A stretch of 63,184 bases of DNA, counting the filler, from Dimargaris cristalligena (Eukaryota): the NCBI GenBank assembly GCA_003614675.1. It is 11 parts of 11 records of this genome, joined end to end, with 100 filler letters (N's around TTAATTAATTAA, not from the genome) between each part and the next. Parts side by side here need not be neighbours in the genome. Positions count along the whole stretch, not along the records: positions 57,558 to 63,184 come from ML003600.1; 10 more parts are not named here. The stretch is one strand, 5' to 3'. The notes below the pieces were generated by a model. The model saw only the letters and a list, made by a program, of their open reading frames with translations, was not told the DNA's origin and made no database searches. Positions within the stretch are counted from its first letter, which is position 1. Every line of letters begins with the position of its first letter. Of the stretch, positions 58,820 to 63,184 are shown piece by piece. A program made the translations under genes and the position numbers.

Positions 58820-60407
58820 CTAGTCACTCATTAGTTTTACCAAGTCGGCGTCATCCACCTCCGGTTTAGTTTCGGCCAAATTCTTGAACTTGGCGAACAA
58901 GCACTTGAAGTTCTCCCGCGAAATACTGGTGTAGCCCAACATATTAAGTCGGGACATGAGAGCGGTCCGGCCACTCTGAGCGGACAGGATGAGGGCGTCA
59001 CTGGTGGCGCCCACGTCGGCGGGATTAAGGTATTCGTAGGTCATCCGATTCTTTAACATGCCGTCCTGGTGAATCCCGGACGTGTGTCGGAATACATTGC
59101 GTCCCACCACGGGTTTATTGGCGGCCAGGGCCATGCCGCTTTGGGCAGAGACCATTCGGCAGACCCGCGTTAGGAGGGGCGTGTTGAGGTGGTGGATGGC
59201 ATGGTAATGGGCGGCATGCGTGGTGAGGCACATGGCCACTTCCTCCAAAGCGGCGTTGCCGGCTCGTTCGCCGATTCCGGTCAGGGTTACATCCACCACG
59301 GTGGCTCCTGCCTCAATACCCGCCAGGGTGTTGGCGACTCCGAGGCCCAAATCATTGTGCGTATGGACTCCCCAGCGCGCCTAAGAAATCCACAGTTAAA
59401 GACCAGGAATGACAATCCCAAAAAAATAATACGGGAATAACCAAATTAGGTGTTAGTGATATGGGGCTAGACGGATACGCTCCAGTATGAATGCTGGAGC
59501 ACATGGGACGGCTAAAAAATAGACGTTCCCCCGAAAGCCAGTCGGTGAAACCGTATCCATCTTGGAACGGGTGGGGTCACCTGAGGCTGGATCGATCGCC
59601 CCCAGCACCCTGTTTAAAAACAGGATACGGCCATGCGGCTCAACAACACGGGGGCAGGCTGATTCAGTTTATTTTAACCGTCCAGAGCGGCATTAGCATA
59701 CGCCAATAGGGGTGAGAGGGGGACGGTGTTACAATATATTGCACATCAGGGGCTCCCCTGCAGCTTACCTTCTCGGAATTAGGTGTGCGCTCGATACAAT
59801 GCTTGACCATCTGGTGAAACTCGGCCGGGATACAGCTCCCCACGGTGTCCGTAATTACCACCAGATTGGCACCCTCATCGATCGCAGCTCCGAATACCTC
59901 GCACAGGAAGTCCGGGTCGGTACGGCCCCCGTCTTCGGCTCCAAACACCACTTCCGGAGTCAAAGTCCGGGCCAGCCGAACCCCTTCCCGTACCCGACGG
60001 ATGCATTCGTCGCGGGAGATGCGGAGCTTGTGCTGCAAGTGAATATCGGACGTGGCGATAAAAAGGCGGAGTTGGCAGCGGGGGGCGTCGCGGATGGCCT
60101 CAAAAGTGCGCAAAATATCGCTCTCGATGGTCCGGCACAGCGCGCAAATCATAGCGGGTTGGCCAATGTGCTCGCGGTGGGTCATGTGGTTGCCGACCTC
60201 GCGGGCAATGCGCCGGCAAGTATTGAAGTTCTGTTCCGAAGAGACGGGAAAGCCGGCCTCGATCATGTCGACCCCCAGCTCCGCTAGTCCCCGGGCGATT
60301 TCCACCTTGGCGTCGGGGGTGAATTGGACCCCGGGGGCTTGTTCGCCGTCCCGCAGGGTGGAATCGCCGAACAGGATAAGCTTGGGTTCCGCGTTATTAG
60401 ACAACAT
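58820..60407 (-). CDS. 2-isopropylmalate synthase-like (bacterial/plant LeuA type) DRE-TIM enzyme, 399 aa, no C-terminal regulatory domain; exons 60407-59769 and 59380-58820
   Basis: DSTLRDGEQAPG, EAGFP, FIATSDIH, AEDGGRTD, DTVG, HTHNDLG, GIGERAGNAALEE, NKPVVGRNVFRHTSGIHQDG; phase-0 GTAAGC..TTAG intron. Confidence 0.9.
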
Positions 60408-63092
60408 ACTTACAATACAAGGTTGAGTGAGGGGGAGTGCTTGGTTTAAGCCGCAAAACCCAGAACACTAATAGGTAAGGAAGCTAATGGGTGATGGGCA
60501 GTAACGGAGACGAATATTGAGGAGTGTAGGTACCTAATTGAAAACCTAAGGAGTAACAAAGCAACCTGCTTGACATTTTAGGAAGGGGGGCCGGGTGCAT
60601 TATATATACAAGCGAGAGGGTATGTAACCCTCGCCTAAAGCCAACCTCTGTACGTCCCTAGCGGTGGACATTGGGGTAGAGAATTAAATAGGGGGGTAAA
60701 CCACACGGTTTAGCTCCCAGGTTAACCATGGGCGATCCTTCTCCACGATATTAGATTGACCAACCTACACAAGGCTCTGAGTAACCGAACCTATGTAGCG
60801 CATGCTGTTCCGTCACCGGGTGCCGGAGCACTATGACGCCGACTCAGCCGCACAGATGGCTTGCGCTGTGCCTCCCTCCCCCTTGCATGGTTGGTTCTGT
60901 AGCGAGCTATCCAGGGAAGAAGCCGCTTCTCCTTTTCCTCATATTATCTTGTGGAGTCACCTCTTAACTTTTCCGCCGGCTTTTGAGAACAATGGTCTAC
61001 ACCTAAGTTCATTATTCCGGAGCATAACCATAAAGAGGGGGGGTTCTTTTTTTGGGGGGGGGGGCAACCACCACGAGTATGGCTTGGGAAACCAGTATTT
61101 GGTTAATAGTTGAGATGACCAAGGGGTGCGGATACAACTGGCGCAGCGCATTTGGAAACTTAGCCTAACATATCCTTGCGTGGCCCTAACCCGGTATATG
61201 ATATAGGTGGTGCTGGCAATCGTAGCACTGCCCTCAACTATCGGATCAGTAAAGAAGTACGGGGCATTACTGGCATCGAAATGGACTCTAGCCGCTAAAA
61301 TAGTGCCTAGGAAGCTGTAAGGCCAAACCGGACCTTTGTAGGGACACGCGGCGGTCCTTTGTGCGCACGGCATACCTATATTTATCCAACTACTCGATAT
61401 ACAAATTAATGTAAGAGTGGCAATGCAAGCTGTCCCTTTATTCATCTGAGTCTACACAATATCCGGTTTCAGGCGTGGGTACAGTGTCCGGGTCAGATGG
61501 TTCATTTTACAACACCACCCCTCGTAGTATTCCAATCATCGCGTTTATTGAGTTACTTAATACAACAATAAAATTACACTACAGTATAGAGCTGATTATT
61601 GTGACCCAATATGCCCAGCGAAACGAGACACTATCCAGGAGTAAGTCCCGATTATTATAATACCTGAATAGCACACAATCCCTTTTCGGAATCAGTTCAC
61701 CCGGGAGCTATGGATGCCAAGGTCGTATCTACCGAGAAGCACTAACATAAATAAGCCGTGTTTTTGTCTGAACGAATTTCGATCGGGTGATGGAGATGGA
61801 GATGGCCTTGGACGGGTCTGCGTTTAATTACACACCCCTCCCTCGGATCAAAATTACCGCTATATTTCACCAACCGGCCCCATGTCCAACATGGAATTGG
61901 ACTATTCATATTGACTAATACATGTGATTCACAGGAGATTATTTCTAAAAATAACCTGAATTCCGATATATTACATGGTCTCCTCCGAAAATATTCAATA
62001 ATTAAATGAATTGAATTGAGAGAGAAAATAACGCATTTCAACTTGCAACCCTCAGGGGGGGCGAACGGTCCCGGGTTTGGATGATCCCTTATCTCGACCA
62101 ATGAGAACGCTCCATCTAACCCCCTCACTATAGCGGCCCCTTCAGAACAAGCAGCGAACGGTAGTTGCTCTATCCAGACACTAGAATTATAGACATAAAA
62201 AGGAGTAACGACTTGGGTACTCAAAAGACCTTCATGTTTCAGTAAAGTACTTATTATAATTACAATCTTATTCTCAAAACCCTACTCAGTATTATTGGTT
62301 ATCTGTCCCCACTCGGCACCCCATTACAAACTGAGTCACCTCGTCAATTTACGAATCATTTGCCTAGATGTCCCGGCTCATCCCCACTCCATTACAATTA
62401 GTAACTCTAATCCTCATGAATTTCAACCACAGTGGCTATGCAGGCGAATCACACCCACCCACTAGGGTTGCTGAATTTCCTCCCTCCCCCTTCCTAATAT
62501 ACCCCCCTATCGGTTGGTTAGCCCAATATGGCAGACAATTAGGGGGTACCAACACTGCCATAAGCCACATGGACAAGTAAATATGTCTCTAATGACTGGA
62601 CAAGCCCGAGTTGAGAGATGCCAATAATGTGAGCCAAAGCTACATTAAACCTTGTGCCGGTATGGCTATTAAAATAGCAACTGTCGGGCTCACTCGCTAC
62701 GCCTGCAAATTTCCCTGGATGTTACATATTTTGGGAGGAAGTGTGGATGGGGGGGGAAGATGGCTGATTGGAATGTATGAGTGTGTTGCATGGACAAGTT
62801 CTCAATTTACTCCTTTTCAGAGGCAATAGCTGTTTCCCTTTAACTGAAGGCTAAGAGCTATATTTCTTGCAAAAACCACCCTCCCCTCCTGTACTGCCCG
62901 CCGCTGCTAGGCACTCCAAAGCACATACCATACGATAAGTGTCGTTCAGGTATAGGCACTAACCGGTTGGTGAAGTATCCACATCAAGTGCTGTTCGTTG
63001 TTATAAATATATGGCATTCCTAGTCGGAGAAAAACTATTCTGTATTTATTTAAACATAAGTGCAATAATCGTACCACTGGACTTATTTATGT

Positions 63093-63184
63093 ATATGGGA
63101 GTAGTTCAACAAGGCTGTATAACGAAAAGTCCATTTGATGAGGCAAATACTACTGGTTGAAAATAAACATCCCACCGATTTTCC
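63093..63184 (-). repeat. Partial copy of the ~144-bp palindromic element, same orientation as the 57558 copy
   Basis: Starts ATATGGGAGTAGTTCAACAAGGCTGTATAA; 50-bp identity with 57568-57617. Confidence 0.85.

Noticed and set aside
60957-62224. 162-aa and 160-aa minus-strand ORFs upstream of LeuA
   Set aside because: No motifs; the second lacks an in-frame ATG start. Not supportable without expression data.
1-63184. CRISPR arrays, rRNA, prokaryotic operons, telomeric repeats
   Set aside because: None seen; genes have spliceosomal introns and contig ends lack simple telomere arrays.

Overview
The window is not one locus. It is 11 unlinked contigs of about 5.63-5.69 kb, ordered by decreasing length and joined by artificial 100-nt N/TTAATTAATTAA spacers. 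The source is a fungus with spliceosomal introns, probably early-diverging (zygomycete-grade; inference). Host genes: ELP1/IKI3, a truncated ATG7 5' end, MGM101, an aftiphilin-like gene, OHCU decarboxylase, a USP30/Ubp16-like protease, SWT1, a copper-fist TF (partial), kinesin-14, a LeuA-type synthase lacking its regulatory domain, tRNA-Asn and tRNA-Thr. Two Ty3/Gypsy elements have open ORFs. One carries a dUTPase between RNase H and integrase. The other is very divergent: a self-complementary (Tf1-like) primer-binding site, a -1 frameshift signal, YIDN in place of YxDD, and pol reading into the 3' LTR. Also present are CpG-decayed solo LTRs, a Helitron helicase relic, and a dispersed ~144-bp palindromic element. 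Three contigs have host genes bracketed by long inverted or direct repeats. All calls come from reading the sequence by eye; no searches were run.
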